Shown here in pieces: positions 11,101 through 24,363 of a stretch of DNA of 64,000 bases. Source of the DNA: Azolla caroliniana (taxonomy: Eukaryota; Plantae; Polypodiophyta); the NCBI GenBank assembly GCA_043228905.1, contig JBHGNT010000017.1, forward strand, positions 5,642,001-5,706,000, given 5' to 3'. The notes under the pieces were generated by a model. That model saw only the letters and a list, made by a program, of their open reading frames with translations, searched no databases and was not told where the DNA came from. Positions within the stretch are counted from its first letter, which is position 1, and every line of letters begins with the position of its first letter. The position numbers and the translations under genes were made by a program.

Positions 11101-14100
11101 TAGAACCTCCTAGATTGAAGGAAATCTGGTTGTTCAAAACCAGAAAATAACATGCAAGATCACTAGCTAAGTATTGAACATTAACTTAGTAGCATGATAA
11201 ACATGTCTTCTATAGACTAAGCCTCACATGGAGTAATGTAAGCACATTAATGTACGCAGATTCCTAGCCCTGTGAGACATCTATGCAGTAGTGGCTACAT
11301 GTAAATGAACCTATAATTTCATGGGAATAACACCAAACCGCTATAAAAGAAATTCCTCTCGTAGTATGAAATAGCTAATTAATCATTAATCACACCATTT
11401 CATATCTCTCTCTTTTCTTGATTCTTTTCTTCTTCACTTGTGAGGGTCGGGATACCCTCCCCCCTCCCCACTTCTGGTGCTAGTAAAAGAGGAACGAAAA
11501 TTTATGTCCCTATGTACTCGAATATCCCCAAAGTCACTCGCACTCAAGACTAGAGAATAAAGATAATTGTGCCACTGATTAATTTGTACTATATTCTTGA
11601 GGCATTGAATAGATTAAATGTCAGCCACATCAGAGTTAATATAGTCTGGGGTTCACATATAAAAGGCCACCCTGGTAGGAGTATTAGACAAGAGATGAAA
11701 GGTGTTACAGAGGATTATGACTAGTACATAATTAGCGAGATTGATTAGCATGTAAATAATGAGTGATTAGCAGCAAGTGGCCTAAGGGTGATTCTTGGTG
11801 AGTAATATAGAGAGAGTGGATGATTTGCTACATATCATATACTCTTGTGAGTAGGAGTGAGCAAGCAGGCGAGATCTCTCATGGAGGCATGTATCCATAT
11901 ATGTTTGTGATGGAGAGAGATTCATCCAAACACCACCGCACCTGGTTTGCTAAGCCTTGATTTAACCAGGTGAATATGAGCATTAACCAGCCATTGCCAT
12001 TGACTGATGGTCTGGTCTTGCCGAATTTGACAGCCTGGAACATTCCCCAACCCACATTGGGGGGATGGAGGCCCTTGCTACACACCTCCAACATGTTCCC
12101 ATTTAGACTCCAAATTCATTTGACTAATTGTCTTGGTATTACCAGCAAAATGTGAATGTATCAAGTCCATTATAAAGTAGAATTTGCACACATAATTAAA
12201 TTTATATGTTAGCTTTCAGATAATTACACTAGCTCACATATTAACTTTGCAAATTCCTTTTACACAGCCATGCCATACGATAAAATACTTGACTGCTTGT
12301 GAAAAAAAAATACTTTGCAGAAGTTGGTATGGTTCTACTAAACCATGACATCTATCACACACTAAAATACTGGTTATTGATATGAGAGTGAACAAGGAAC
12401 TGTTCATAATTTATCTCCATTTGACATAACAGATTACCATTGAAAAATTTAGCTGTTCGCTCGTATAAGAAATAAACATGGGCACAGTATCGTTAAGATG
12501 AGAGACCCTAAGCAGCCTCTACACTTAATCATTACAATGTTCATTTCTTCACATTGGTTAGCTAGCCTTCAAACAAACAAACAAACATGTAATGGTTTAG
12601 TAAAAAAAAAAAACATAAGAAAACATTATGCGTACCTTATTCCCGCTTGAATGTTGATCCAAGGTTAATGCCAATTTACAATGAGATGTTGAGCTTCTTG
12701 TTGAATCTATCAGAAATCCTAAATGCTAACCAACCAAAAATACAATAAATTCAATGCCTTAAACAGTCAACTTTGTTGATTACTGATTATGCATGATTTG
12801 GCTAACAATGTAAAGAGTATAAACTATTACATGAAGACAATCAAGATGACAAACATACATACACATATTTTCTAATACTGTTTACAAAAGTTGCAATACC
12901 TTGATATATCAATTGAGCCTTCAAACTTCATTTATCATGATAGATACTACAAGTTGTCGCATAAAATTTGTTCGTGAGCTTAATTCTCCTAACCACATTT
13001 GATGACTCTGAATTCTGACATCTTTGTCAATAAATCTCATCCTGAATACAATAATGTACACAACATAATTCCCTTTTTGTGTAATAATGTACAAGTAATG
13101 AAAAGAAAATGAGTGGATCTTGTTTCACTTGGAGATTGGCATGAATAAACCTCTTTGTTAACATCATGGTAATACAGGAAAACCATTAACAGTGTTTCCT
13201 CATATCTCAGTGTATATGGCATCATCATTATATCTCGTTGTTCAGTCATTCATTTTTGTGGGCCAAATTTTAGATGGTATTCAAGTTTTTGCAACATGAC
13301 TTGATTTGAGGACTAGTTTCTAAGATTTGATTTGACATACATGCATGTTCATTGTCATTTCAAAGGCTTTAGGCCTTTTGATCACATTTCAGGTGTCAAC
13401 ATACCCAAACTTCGGGTGGATCTGGTAAAAATTCGGCATGTACTAATTACATTCTACTCTAGATATTGAGGGCACACTAGTTTCAAAATAGAGTCTATGC
13501 ATATGAATTTAATATATCAACACACTTTTCAAATCCAAGGTTTCCATATTTTGGTATGAAGAACCATACTTACCTCATCTAACTTTAGCCAGAAGAATTA
13601 AGCAATATAAGTGTCATTTTTTATGTCCAGTAAATAAAACTACAATGCATATTTTGATTCAGAAGAAAAGATTACAACGCAGTGCCGTGACGAAGTCATG
13701 CTATAAAGTTACACAGATTCATGATAAAAATAACAAGAGGTAAACACCAAAATGCCCCTAAATTTAAGGATACATTCTACCTCGATAAAACCAGTCATTA
13801 TCAAAATGGCACAAACGCCCCCCAGCATTTGGGTTATATTTGGGCTGAAATAAACCCCTTATGTTTTCGAAATGTATATTTAGGATTAAATTACCCTAAT
13901 AAACCTACTTTATTATCATAGCGAGAGGTTCTACTAATCTCTGAAAACTATGGGAGTATTGTCACAGATTTTGGAAAACAAGAGGGTCTTATGCAAAATG
14001 TTGAGACTAAAGTGTGTATTTTGATGTTTTTCACTACCATTAAAAAGAAGGAAAGCAAAAAGACCTTTTGTTTTTCTTTTTGTTTAGAAACATAATGAAC

Positions 14101-14635
14101 TTCTTCAATGGGGATGGAGGGCAATGTACCTTGTAGGAGGGTCTGCTCTAGTTCCCCCGGGGACACTGGCATGTTGGAGGGCCTCTTCAAGGAGCAAAGA
14201 GAAGAGGGGGTCATCCTGATCAGCGATGGCGGCAATGACGATCGTGGATGAATCGTGCGAATCAGCGGAACGGATGCCGCCGCCATAGCCATAGCCATAG
14301 CCAGGAGGAGCAGGGGTCCTACAATGAGGGGGTGCCGATGACGATGACGGAGCGGGTGGGCGGCGATGGTAGTGCCGGTTGTGCTTCTGCTGAGGCGTGG
14401 TTGGGTATGGATTTGGGTTGTGAAGGTATTTGTGATAGTGGGGCGTGTTAGGGTTTTGGACCCAAGGGGGATTAGGCGGCAGTGGATCGATGGAGGAGGA
14501 GAAAAAGGGGCCACAGTAGTAATTACAAACGTCGCTTGACAGGTTAGATTTGGCGGATGAAGAAGAAGCAGAAGCAGAAGCCCCTCTCTGCTTGCTCCTC
14601 TGTCGCCTCCTACCCTCCATTTTTGCCTCCTGCAC
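8200..14635 (-). pseudogene. Spliced pseudogene of unidentified family (at least 6 exons)
   Basis: Splice-bounded exons 14635-14130, 12718-12636, 12518-12438, 12351-12246, 9443-9265 and from 8921 onward; the last two acceptors are AAG. The frame with RNY codon bias reads ...KEFAKVFI*RAIEESYKVSLSTVMDIGETEDIFSL*FYDIIDYTRFGKSVVKKSISWII*MLVLDGNEFEITCYVVRYDD..., with about 10 stops in exons 2-5. Confidence 0.6.
9500..12095. mobile_element. Degenerate LTR-retroelement-like block within intron 4 of the pseudogene
   Basis: LTR-like composition (TGTTAC start at ~9502, TATAAAAG boxes at 11342 and 11658, CAACA end at ~12093); no TSD or protein domain recognised. Confidence 0.35.
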
Positions 14636-14719
14636 CCACAGAATGACCCTTCATTTTTCCCCATTTACGAAAACTCTTCTTTCTTTCCTAATTTAATCAA
14701 AGCATTTCCAATTGAAGCA

Positions 14720-15042
14720 CCTTTTGCATTTGTACTTTCTTTGCTGCTTTTCTGCTTTTCTGCTTTTTGTGCTTTTTGTGCTTTCTTTACTTTCTTTACA
14801 TTATTTGCTTCTGTGATTTTGTGCTTTCTATGTTTCCTTCGCTTTTTTTGCTTTTTGTGCTTTCTTTGCTTTTGTGCTTTCTTTGCTTTTGTGCTTTTGT
14901 GCTTTCTTTACTTTTGTGCTTTCTTTGCTTTTGTGCTTTTGTGTTATGTGGTTTTGTGCTTTCTATGCTTCCTAAGTTCCTTCCCTTTCTTTACTTTTTT
15001 GCTTTTGAGCTTTTTGTGCTTTTTGTGCTTTTTGTGCTTTTA
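14720..15042. repeat. Low-complexity (TTTGTGCT/TTTCTTTGCT)n minisatellite
   Basis: Degenerate 9-10 bp units directly upstream of the pseudogene's first exon; they explain the F/C/L-rich ORFs 14741-15081. Confidence 0.85.
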
Positions 15043-15152
15043 AATCTAAATGCCTTGCCCGTGCTCGTTTTCGAACCATAACTAGGTGGTGGTACGTACG
15101 CAGAAAATATCAACAGGAATATGTTTGTTCCATCTATCTCTACATGTCACGT

Positions 15153-16924
15153 TATTGTGATGTGGCGTGCTCGAGGGTGGGAAAAACCGGCGAAAGGGGG
15201 GAGTCAAAAATGTGCATGTGCAATGTGTGTGCACACAAAAGCGATTAATTGTGCATATGCAAAATAAAAAAAAGGAAAAGAAAGGGTGAAAAGGAGGTAT
15301 AGAAGCTCGTGCAAAAAGTAAGAGAGAGGAGAGATAAAAGGTAGAGAGGAGACAGGCTATAAATGTATAGAGCTAGAATTATATATTATATAAGAGAGAG
15401 TTAGTGGGCTAGTGAATAGTCACATTTACTATAAGCTAGAGGTGTATGGTTTGAATCTAGTCTTATAGTACAGCGTGATTTAAGGAATTTTATTCCTTTT
15501 TCATTGAAGACTAATTTGGCGACCCCCCCTTCTTTTTTTCCTATAAAAGGAGGTCGAGGGGGGCTCATTCAGAATGACGTTTTGGGAGGAGGAGACTATC
15601 GCCAATTTTCCTTTGAAGCTCTTCATCTCCTTATTCACCACTTCTCTTCATCTCATACCCCTTCATCCCCCCCCATCGCCACGTGCTCGTCTTATTCGCG
15701 TCGGCACTCGAAGTGCTCGTGAGCCCAAGCTTCGTTGGTTCGATGTTGCTCTGCCCCGTTTGTCGTTGCGAGCCCGTGTGCTCGCCGTTCGGGTGGTCGT
15801 GGTTCGTTGGGATTGGCATTTTGGTGGTGCTCGTGTGTTCATCTTCGACGTGTTCGGTTTTGCCTTGTCCCTAAGGGCATTTAATATTTATGTTTTGATT
15901 GAGCTTGTGGTTAACTATAAGTTGTCATTGTAAACAAAACCCCATTTTCTAAAGGGTCCTCTTGCGTTAGAATCGAACACGTATTTATCTCTTTGGTCAA
16001 TATCATTCGTGTTTCTTTCTCTCCTTCTTTCTTTATTCATGTCTTTCTTGTACGTTTGGTCGTCTTGTGACGAGGGGACCGTTCAGGCTTGCCCATGCAC
16101 CTCTCCTCCTCATAAAGGCGTACGAGCATTTGTATGTGTGTTTGTGTCTTCCTTATACGTTCGGTCGTCTTGTGACGAGGGGACCGTTCGGGCTTGCCCA
16201 TGCACCTCTCCTCCTCATAAAGGCGTACGAGCATTTGTGTGTGTGTTTGTGTCTTCCTCGTACGTTCGGCCGTCTTGTGACGAGGGGACCGTTCAGGCTT
16301 GCCCGTGCACCTCTCCTCCTCATAAAGGCGTACGAGCATTTGTGCGTGTGTTTTGTGTCTTCCTCGTACGTTCGACGTCTTGTGACGAGGGAGCGTTCAG
16401 GCACGCCCATGCACCTCTCCTCCTCATAAAGACATACGGACATTCGTGTTTGTGTTATTGTCCCCTTGTGCGTTCATGTTGTGTGCTCATCTTGCTTGTA
16501 CCCATTTGGTCACTTGGCTCATACGGTGATCTCGGAAGGTCGACGAGTCGTGATCAACGAGAGCCACTGGCCTCACAAAACAAAGGGCAACGAGACCTTA
16601 CTCGGGAAGGGGTCAGGAAGTAGTATTGTCGTAAAGCAAACCTCGGGTCTTCTCTATCCCTTGAGTACTCCCTAGTCCAAGACCCATGTAGTCCCGCCCA
16701 AGTAACACACGTGCGCGAAACTTCGCGACATAAATTGGTAGTCGTGATCAACGAGAGCCACCGGCCTCACAAAACAAAGGGCAACGAGACCTTGCTCGGG
16801 AAGGGGTCGGGAATTAGTATTGTCGTAAAGCAAACCTCGGGTCTTCTCTATCCCTTGAGTACTCCCTAGTCCGAGACCCCCATGGTCCCGCCCAAGCAAC
16901 ACACGTGCGCGAAACTTCGTGACA
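15153..16924 (+). mobile_element. LTR-retrotransposon remnant: full LTR, 10 nt internal, last ~185 bp of second LTR
   Basis: TSD ACGT at 15149-15152 and 16925-16928. The start TATTGTGATG resembles a decayed TGTCGTGAAG. LTR ends GCGCGAAACTTCGCGACA (16730) and ...CGTGACA (16924); TAAATTGGTA lies between the copies. Confidence 0.75.
16040..16455 (+). repeat. 4 x ~105-bp tandem repeat inside the LTR
   Basis: Unit TACGTTCGGTCGTCTTGTGACGAGGGGACCGTTCAGGCTTGCCCATGCACCTCTCCTCCTCATAAAGG... starts at 16051, 16156, 16261 and 16367. Confidence 0.95.
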
Positions 16925-19680
16925 ACGTGTTAGTGACTTATGAGATATTTGAGTGACTACAGAGTTGCATACAATCTCACCCATCATAAAAGGTTGTTTG
17001 AATACATGTTGTCCTATGAGTTGCATTACTTCTCTTGTCCCTCGACCCTTTTACGTAGTTCGGATCGATTTTTATTTTCATGTAACTCTGGCTCAATTGC
17101 ATTGAATCCTACTTAACATGGCATGTCATGTAACACTGGCCCAATACCACTAGGGCCTACTTATTATCCCATGTGACACAACTTCACAACCCATGAGATC
17201 AATGAGCAATTAGAAAAAGTTAAAACAACATCAGTTATACATGTGCACTTTTTTTTCAAAGAAAACATCCCTTTTTTGGCCAACTTCCCAATAAAATCCT
17301 ACAATGAAGATTGTACGATGGATAAGTTATTCAATTTTCCTTACAAAATGGGAATTACCGATGGAAACCTGAAATTTAGTTATGACTAGGGCAACAATGT
17401 TGGCATACAAGCAAGCATGTGAAGGTGACATTAGTTAGTGTCATGTTGTAGTGACTTGCGTCATCAAGTCATCATAGTGGTGTCAGCTTTGGGTATTGTA
17501 AATTTTTTTTAAAGAGAACTCGTTTTTGTTTTAACCTTTAGATGTCTTTAACAATTATGGTTTTTTTCCTAATAAAGCTAGTTGCTCCATTCTCTCACAT
17601 CAATAGTATTTTGCCCCTAGTGTTTCTTGCATCCTAATGTTCCCTGTCCTCGATACAATCCTCCTTATCACCATCGTCAAATTATTGCCATTATTATCAT
17701 CATTGTTTCTTCCTCATATTAAGTTTTTTGATTTAGATGATCATTCAACTTTTATCATTATTTCATATGGGTATCGGCATCACACATTCTGTATTCAGAG
17801 AAGGATATGAAATGTTTTGTTTTTGCCCATTCCTTCAACATTCTTTGTCATGGATTTTATTCTTGCTTTAGGCATCAAAACTTTAATTGTAACTCATAGT
17901 GTACTTCCTTCCATTTCTAGGTTCCTTTGGTAAATCTATGTATGAATTTGAACCAAGTTTTGCAAAATTGTTGATTTGAGAATTAAATGAGACATTCCAA
18001 AATTCCAAGTATTTGAATGACCATATGGAGGCCTTGCATGGTAGAAGTTCTTCCTAAGTTACACACACTATATGGGTGCAATTTCAAATGACTTAAATCC
18101 TTGTTTCTCCTTTCATAGAAGCCTGAGCATGCAGTTGATAAGTTGCTATCTAGTGGCAAACCCATGAGAAAACCCCCATATCATGTAGCTACCAAAATTG
18201 AGGAAACAATCGACCACAAAATGTGACATACTTACTATACCAGGTGTCTTTCATCTGTTCCTTTCTCCTTGGCCCAAATCCATGTTGTTGATTTAAGAAA
18301 AGGATGGAATGATGTCGCACACACTTTTGTTATGGATAAAATATGCGGTTCCTTTAATTTATAAGTTAAGATTCATCAACTTTGGGGTGCTCGTTATTTA
18401 GACAAAAACGACTTTTGTGTTAGGAAATCATAAAGTTCGTGTATATAATAGGGATGATATCCATAAAACGACATTTCATGCACTTCTTGCCGATTATGAG
18501 ATTTTAGTAATAGCTTCCAATCTTATGCAACTTCAACCTTGTTTATAAGACTTAACAAATGGCGCTTCGTCCATTATTTCATTGTCATCTTGGATTCATC
18601 ACATCTGTAGTCCATTGCAAGGCATGCATTTACAACATCAACAAAGAGTTATTGTTTTGGTCTTTGTAATGCTTTGTATGCAAGAGCTTCCCAAAGGGGT
18701 TACATTTTCAAATAAAAATCAATGCCTAGGCCATATTGTGTAAGTTGATGCTATCCAAATGAATTCGGGTTCACATATTTATATTTTTGTATTTTTAAAG
18801 TGTTGCATTGTTTTAGAGTCTCTCTCATCTTGGGGATTGTTCAAAAGAGTTTCATGTTATTGTTGTCTTGGCCAACTCCTATTAAAAACCAGTCACGATG
18901 AGTATAACATAGTCATTCCCATGACAAACTATGTAGTTAGATAACATGGGTCACCCCTTGATTCTTTTGGGATCGTGGTCTGCAACACCAAACGTTTGAG
19001 TGGCTTAGCAACATTATCAAGGACAAATCCTTGAACATGGAATGTTTACCACAATTGTCAAAAATAGGGCTAATATTTCTAATTTCCCCAAAGTAGCACT
19101 TTATCATAATTCTCAATTATTTGTAGATTTTTAGTAAAGTGGTAAAACTCTCAACAATATTTGTCAAAAAAATAATCCAAAAGTTTTCAAATCTTTAGAA
19201 ATAGTCCCTAATTGATTGCCAAGTAGAGGGACATCTAAAACCGTAATAAATCGATTCTCTTAATTGTGTATGTCAATATTGGATTGACATTTCTTGAGAA
19301 CAATGCATTTACATTATGCATGAACTGTAACGTGTTTTGGATTCATATAAAAAGTGGAGTTGTCATAAATTAGTAATCAAGTTGTGAGGGGGAGTGTGCT
19401 AAAGGATTATTTTTCAAGGTTAAGACCATTCCTTCATAGGTAGGAATAATGTGAGGACTATAGTAGTTACGACTTACAAATATAGAATCATGAATGTGTA
19501 CAAGGGCATATGGTCCATGTGTAGAGCCCATGTGTGAAGTCTAGGAATGGCATGGGTGAATAAAAATGATATATTTGATGGTTAGGGAATCAAGAAGAGT
19601 CATGGTGTAGTGGCAAAAGATATAGAATCATAAGTATTAGATGTGCTAGCTTCCGCAAAAAAACAAATGTCGTAAAGATT

Positions 19681-20019
19681 TTTATTTTTATTTTTATTTT
19701 ATTTCCAAAAAAAACTCCTTCCATTAGTTATAAAATTTTACAAATGAGATTATTATGTACAAATCCCTGTAGGGACACGATAGTTCCATCTTATGTGGAT
19801 ACCCAATGACTCAAAAAAGGGAGAGGACGACCATTGTTGGATAAAGGCTATTCGTTGTCTTTTGACTCCATCGGAGCCGCCCTTGAGGCCATCATATTGG
19901 CTCTTTAGAGTGGCTACAATTTCACTCCATATCTCTTGCAGTAACCTTGTTGGATGTGCAGTTTGGTTGGAGAAGACCCGTCTACACCGTTGTTTCCATA
20001 GAATCCAAAGAGTTATTGG
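19681..20019 (-). mobile_element. 5'-truncated LINE insertion with 18-bp TSD
   Basis: TSD ACAAATGTCGTAAAGATT at 19663-19680 and 20020-20037; A-rich tail (TTTTATTTTTA on plus); ITLWILWKQRCRRVF is the typical L1 ORF2 C-terminal WxxWxxR motif. Confidence 0.9.
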
Positions 20020-23000
20020 ACAAATGTCGTAAAGATTATCTAAACACATAACTACATTGCCTGAATGATATATATATATATAATCTATGATAACTCGTCT
20101 CAATCAGCGCTTGGAAAAGAAAAAGGGAAAGGGAAATAAATTCTCTTTTTTTTACATTCATATTTTTTTGTTAATCGGCGTTTTCATCCCTTATCCTTTA
20201 CTTTGTGACATCATGGAATTTTGTAAATGCCCTAAAACATGCTCCGATGCTTTTTAATATTCATACTAGTTAGCTAATAGGTGTGGTTTTAAAAAGGACA
20301 AAATCAAGCGTGGTGTTATCCAAATTTCAAAACATAAAAAATTATGCAACTCATGGATAGTTTGGCATAGAATGTGTACATTGCACAATTGACAATGTGG
20401 AATCAATCATACATTCAACCATGGGAATCCACAAAAAATATAAAGAACGGAATTGTAGATGTTGTCGACGAATGCTCATAAGTTTTGTTTTGATGTTATT
20501 TGACAAATAATACTCATACATTTTATTTACATAGCTACATGAAATTTGGGAGGTACTTTGACATGGCAAAGCACTATTCATACAAAGAAACAAATACTTT
20601 TGTCTAGCTCCCGGCCCACTAATATTTAGCTACCTTTCTAAAACTTTTCTTTCACCAAGTTGAGGATGCATGTTGTTCTCTCCCCCAATATAATCGCGAC
20701 AACATAGAATCTAGTCTCATGGAACAAACATCAATGTTTAACTGTTGGAGTTCAGAAAACACAGTAAAATGGGAAATTTGCAATCATACCATTTACCTTT
20801 ACTAAAGAAGATCCATAAATATTGGCTATGCACAACAACACACCATCCTTCTAATGGACCCCATGTATGGCACCCAAATTTCTATGTACGTTATACATCA
20901 TGTGAAGAGTGTGAGAAACAAAGAAATTAGTTTTTTTTGACACTTATCTCTTGAATTAACTTTGACATTATGATGTTTATGATAAAAACGAGGCGGATTT
21001 TGTGCATTCAATTTCATTGAAGGGCTAGTTATGATCATAGCGTCTTTATATTTCAAGTTCATCTATAGAGAATAGTTAAATACATTCGTGTTCTATTTAT
21101 ATTTCATTGCTCTTGGCTTCATTTTAGTTTTAACTTGTAAGTATCAACCTTTTCTCACTTACATGAAAATGGTGTTGCTAGGTTATGAAAAGCAATCAAA
21201 GGATTTCATGACCCAAATGAACCGACAACAATAAATTGTTAGGAGCTTAAAGCTAGTTAAAGAAGTGCATTCCGTGAAAGAGTGACCCTAAAAAGTTTTC
21301 TAAGGATGGACACAAAAGTGATTTAAATGTAACATGGTTAATGATGTGTGTGTGTGTGTGTGTGTTTAAGTTCATGAACCATGTGTGTCAAATGATTTTC
21401 TTTCTTTCTTTAATAATATAAGGAGTACAACTGTAATTCGCAATGATTGAGGCATGCATGATGGAGGATGACCTTGTGAGGGTGTAACAACAATTCGAGA
21501 AGCGACCTTTGGATGTAGTGGAAGCCGAGTTAGGAAGGAAAGTGAAATATTCTCAAGCTAGGGACGGAAGACACGACATACATTTTGAGTCATTTTCTTC
21601 CGTTCAAACTCGAGATGTTTCATTATTTATGTGCAAGATTCATATGCAAGAGACACACTTGTTCTATTGCATTAAGGTTTTAAAGAGGGCAGTAGGTGTG
21701 GTTGGTTGTTGGTCAATGTAGTGTTTTTTGTTCATGTTTAAAAGTTTGGACTTTGTGTAGACTTTAGGTTTCTCTTATTCCTTTGTTTTTATTCAATAGA
21801 TATTGTTAAGGGGAGGGAGGGGCCCTTTTGTGAGGGATTAAGTGAAACTCGATGCTTCTAAAGAACAAACAAAATAAAGAACTTGGTAATCAAAAATATA
21901 TTTTCAACCTCTTTCTTTTATTTTGCTTTTTAACGTTGTTGTGCTCTAGGAGTTTCCATAACTTCTTGAACACGCGTCATCTTTTTCCACTTGCGTGACA
22001 CGTCCTAGTTTTTGTCACATTCTCTCTCTCTCCCGTCTAAACCGCAACAACTTTGTCAACGCTTAAAAAATCATATTGTAAGTTTATTGGACACTATAAG
22101 GGTGTTGGCTACTTGTAGATGAATTAGATTGTATGTCCTCAAGCATTGTGGATAATTGAATAGGAAATGTCACATCGTTCTGCTCAAGATCCAACAATGA
22201 GCAATCGCATCGTCCAAGTATGTCGCAAGTCGCACCCAAAAGCTCATCAACCTGAATGTTGTGGGAAAAAATATAGAACACAAGATGTTAAACAAAGACA
22301 ACTTCTTGTGGTAGCTATGCACACCCTGCCTTTTGGTCTCATGAGGACAACACTATGTTAGTTCCAAATTTTAGCTCTATTTGTTTATGTCCAATCTCTT
22401 CACTTTTTTACTTATAATTATGGAGGAACTGGATGCAAAAGCAAGAGACTCGTTCTTATAGCCTACAAGTTAATGACAATTGTCACCATTTATAACTTTT
22501 TTAATGCCACGAATCACATGGACGAAACTATCAGATAATATGTTAATACTAATAACACAATGCCCCAAGATATATGTGTGCACATTACTTGTGATTCTCA
22601 CCCTGAATTCAATAGTTTATGTGGAGTAGGATTATCTTTACACATAGAATATACATTTCTATTAAAATATCATTTAAAAACATTCATCGAAAGTCTTATT
22701 TTGCAACGGAGTGGTTTCTATTGGAATTTTGAGTTGAGTTAATTAAAAGTAGACAAGAAAAATCAAACTTTCTGACGTGTTATCACTTCTATCTTTGGTT
22801 GGAGTGCACACTGTAATGGCATATACTTGGAACAAGCAAGGACAATATGCTCAATTAATGCACCAACTTTCGTGACATATAAAAAATCACTCATAACGCT
22901 TGTCTAGAAGCATTCACATTGCTTTTCTCACTTCCTTATTTATCTAATATGAGGAGCAGAGTGGGCACTAATGGCTAGGCTCTTTCTTGCACAACAAGTT

Positions 23001-24363
23001 ATTTCCATCTACTCCATGTGTGTCAATTTTATTACTTTAGAGGAGAGCATTGTGGGGATTCATGCGCACGTACAATATGTTCACAAGAATAAAGACACGC
23101 AATGCACCCGCTTAGTGTCAAGACACTTATTCGTGAAATTTTCCCATGACTTGAATTCATTGATAGATCAACATCACCTAGATACCATCAATTAAAGATA
23201 CTATGTTGTAACCAATTGATAGTGTTTATGAATCAATTTCAAGTAAACATGGTAAATATGTTCATGTATATTGGCAATAAGCTTGAGGGATGGAATATTT
23301 CCCTAAAGCTATGTATTCAAGTGTTTAATTTTATAACCCCCTCTAAATGGAAGAGCTTATTGATGAGATCCACACCCAAGTAAGATTTCATTTCATTTGG
23401 CAACTCAAGCAAGCCTCTTATAAGTGAATATGGTGTCTTATGAGCATACAATATGCGAATACATTGTTCCATTAGAGAGAACCATGTACAAAATGGCAAC
23501 TTGCTTATGTCACACCTAGTCATCCTGGACTAGCATTTTTACTCTTTACTTATTTGTTCTTACCAATCCAACCATGGTTTCAACTCAATCCAAATGACAA
23601 CACTTATGAACAAAAAACAAGTGCAATTTGCATGGGTCATCTTTCTTGAAACATCAATGAAGGCTCTAGTCATCTTAGGTTGGAGGATGCCATCATCAAT
23701 GCTCCATTCACAATAGTTAAGTTTTCCCCATAAAATTTCTTACAAGCATTAGACACTCATACAAATAGTTCTTTTTCTCAATTTGATTAGATTGATTAGT
23801 AGAAAGCACAAAATGAGACATGTAACCAGAGTTGATTGATTGTAGTGATGGGTTGTAGCTTCAACATAATTGAAATCCACAGCCACTATTTTCATTGCCA
23901 AATTCCCATTGTGGGCATAAATGTGCTCCAAAACGATGGGATGTCATGCACAAACACACCACCAAAAAACATATTACTCAATCGTGTCAACAAAAATGTA
24001 TCATTATTAAAGGTGATAGGTTAAGATAAACTAAACAAAACAAAGCATGCTTGCATAGGGGACCCAAAAACACTTATCTTCCAAGTTCCTTATCACATCG
24101 CCTACTCCAATCTCAATTGAAGTTCATCATTCACGCACAAAAACAATTGTTTCTCTTTGTCAAAGCCTAATGGTGTTTGTCTCAATAGGAGTTCACAAAT
24201 TAGCACCGTCAGGATTGGGTTAGGCGTTAAGAGTATCAAAACTTCTTCACTCACAAACTTTAGACAAAGTTGGGTTCAAATGCATATGTGCATGTGCATG
24301 TTGTGTAGCTGTGTTTGTGATGTGTTGTGTTGTGTTGCGTTGTGTATCTTACTGCAACAAAAG

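Noticed and set aside
9265-12718. Stops convertible to Gln/Arg codons, suggesting U-to-C RNA editing
   Set aside because: Every stop codon starts with T, so this pattern is uninformative. U-to-C editing is established for fern and hornwort organelles, not for spliced nuclear genes.
14741-15081. Cys/Phe/Leu-rich membrane-like ORFs
   Set aside because: Produced by the (TTTGTGCT)n low-complexity repeat.
16009-16623. ORFs with repeated CPCTSPPHKG motifs
   Set aside because: Open in several frames on both strands because of the 105-bp (multiple of 3) tandem repeat inside an LTR.
17100-23900. Possible degenerate DNA-transposon coding sequence
   Set aside because: Fragments look formerly coding, but I could not recognise a domain, TIR or TSD apart from the LINE at 19681.
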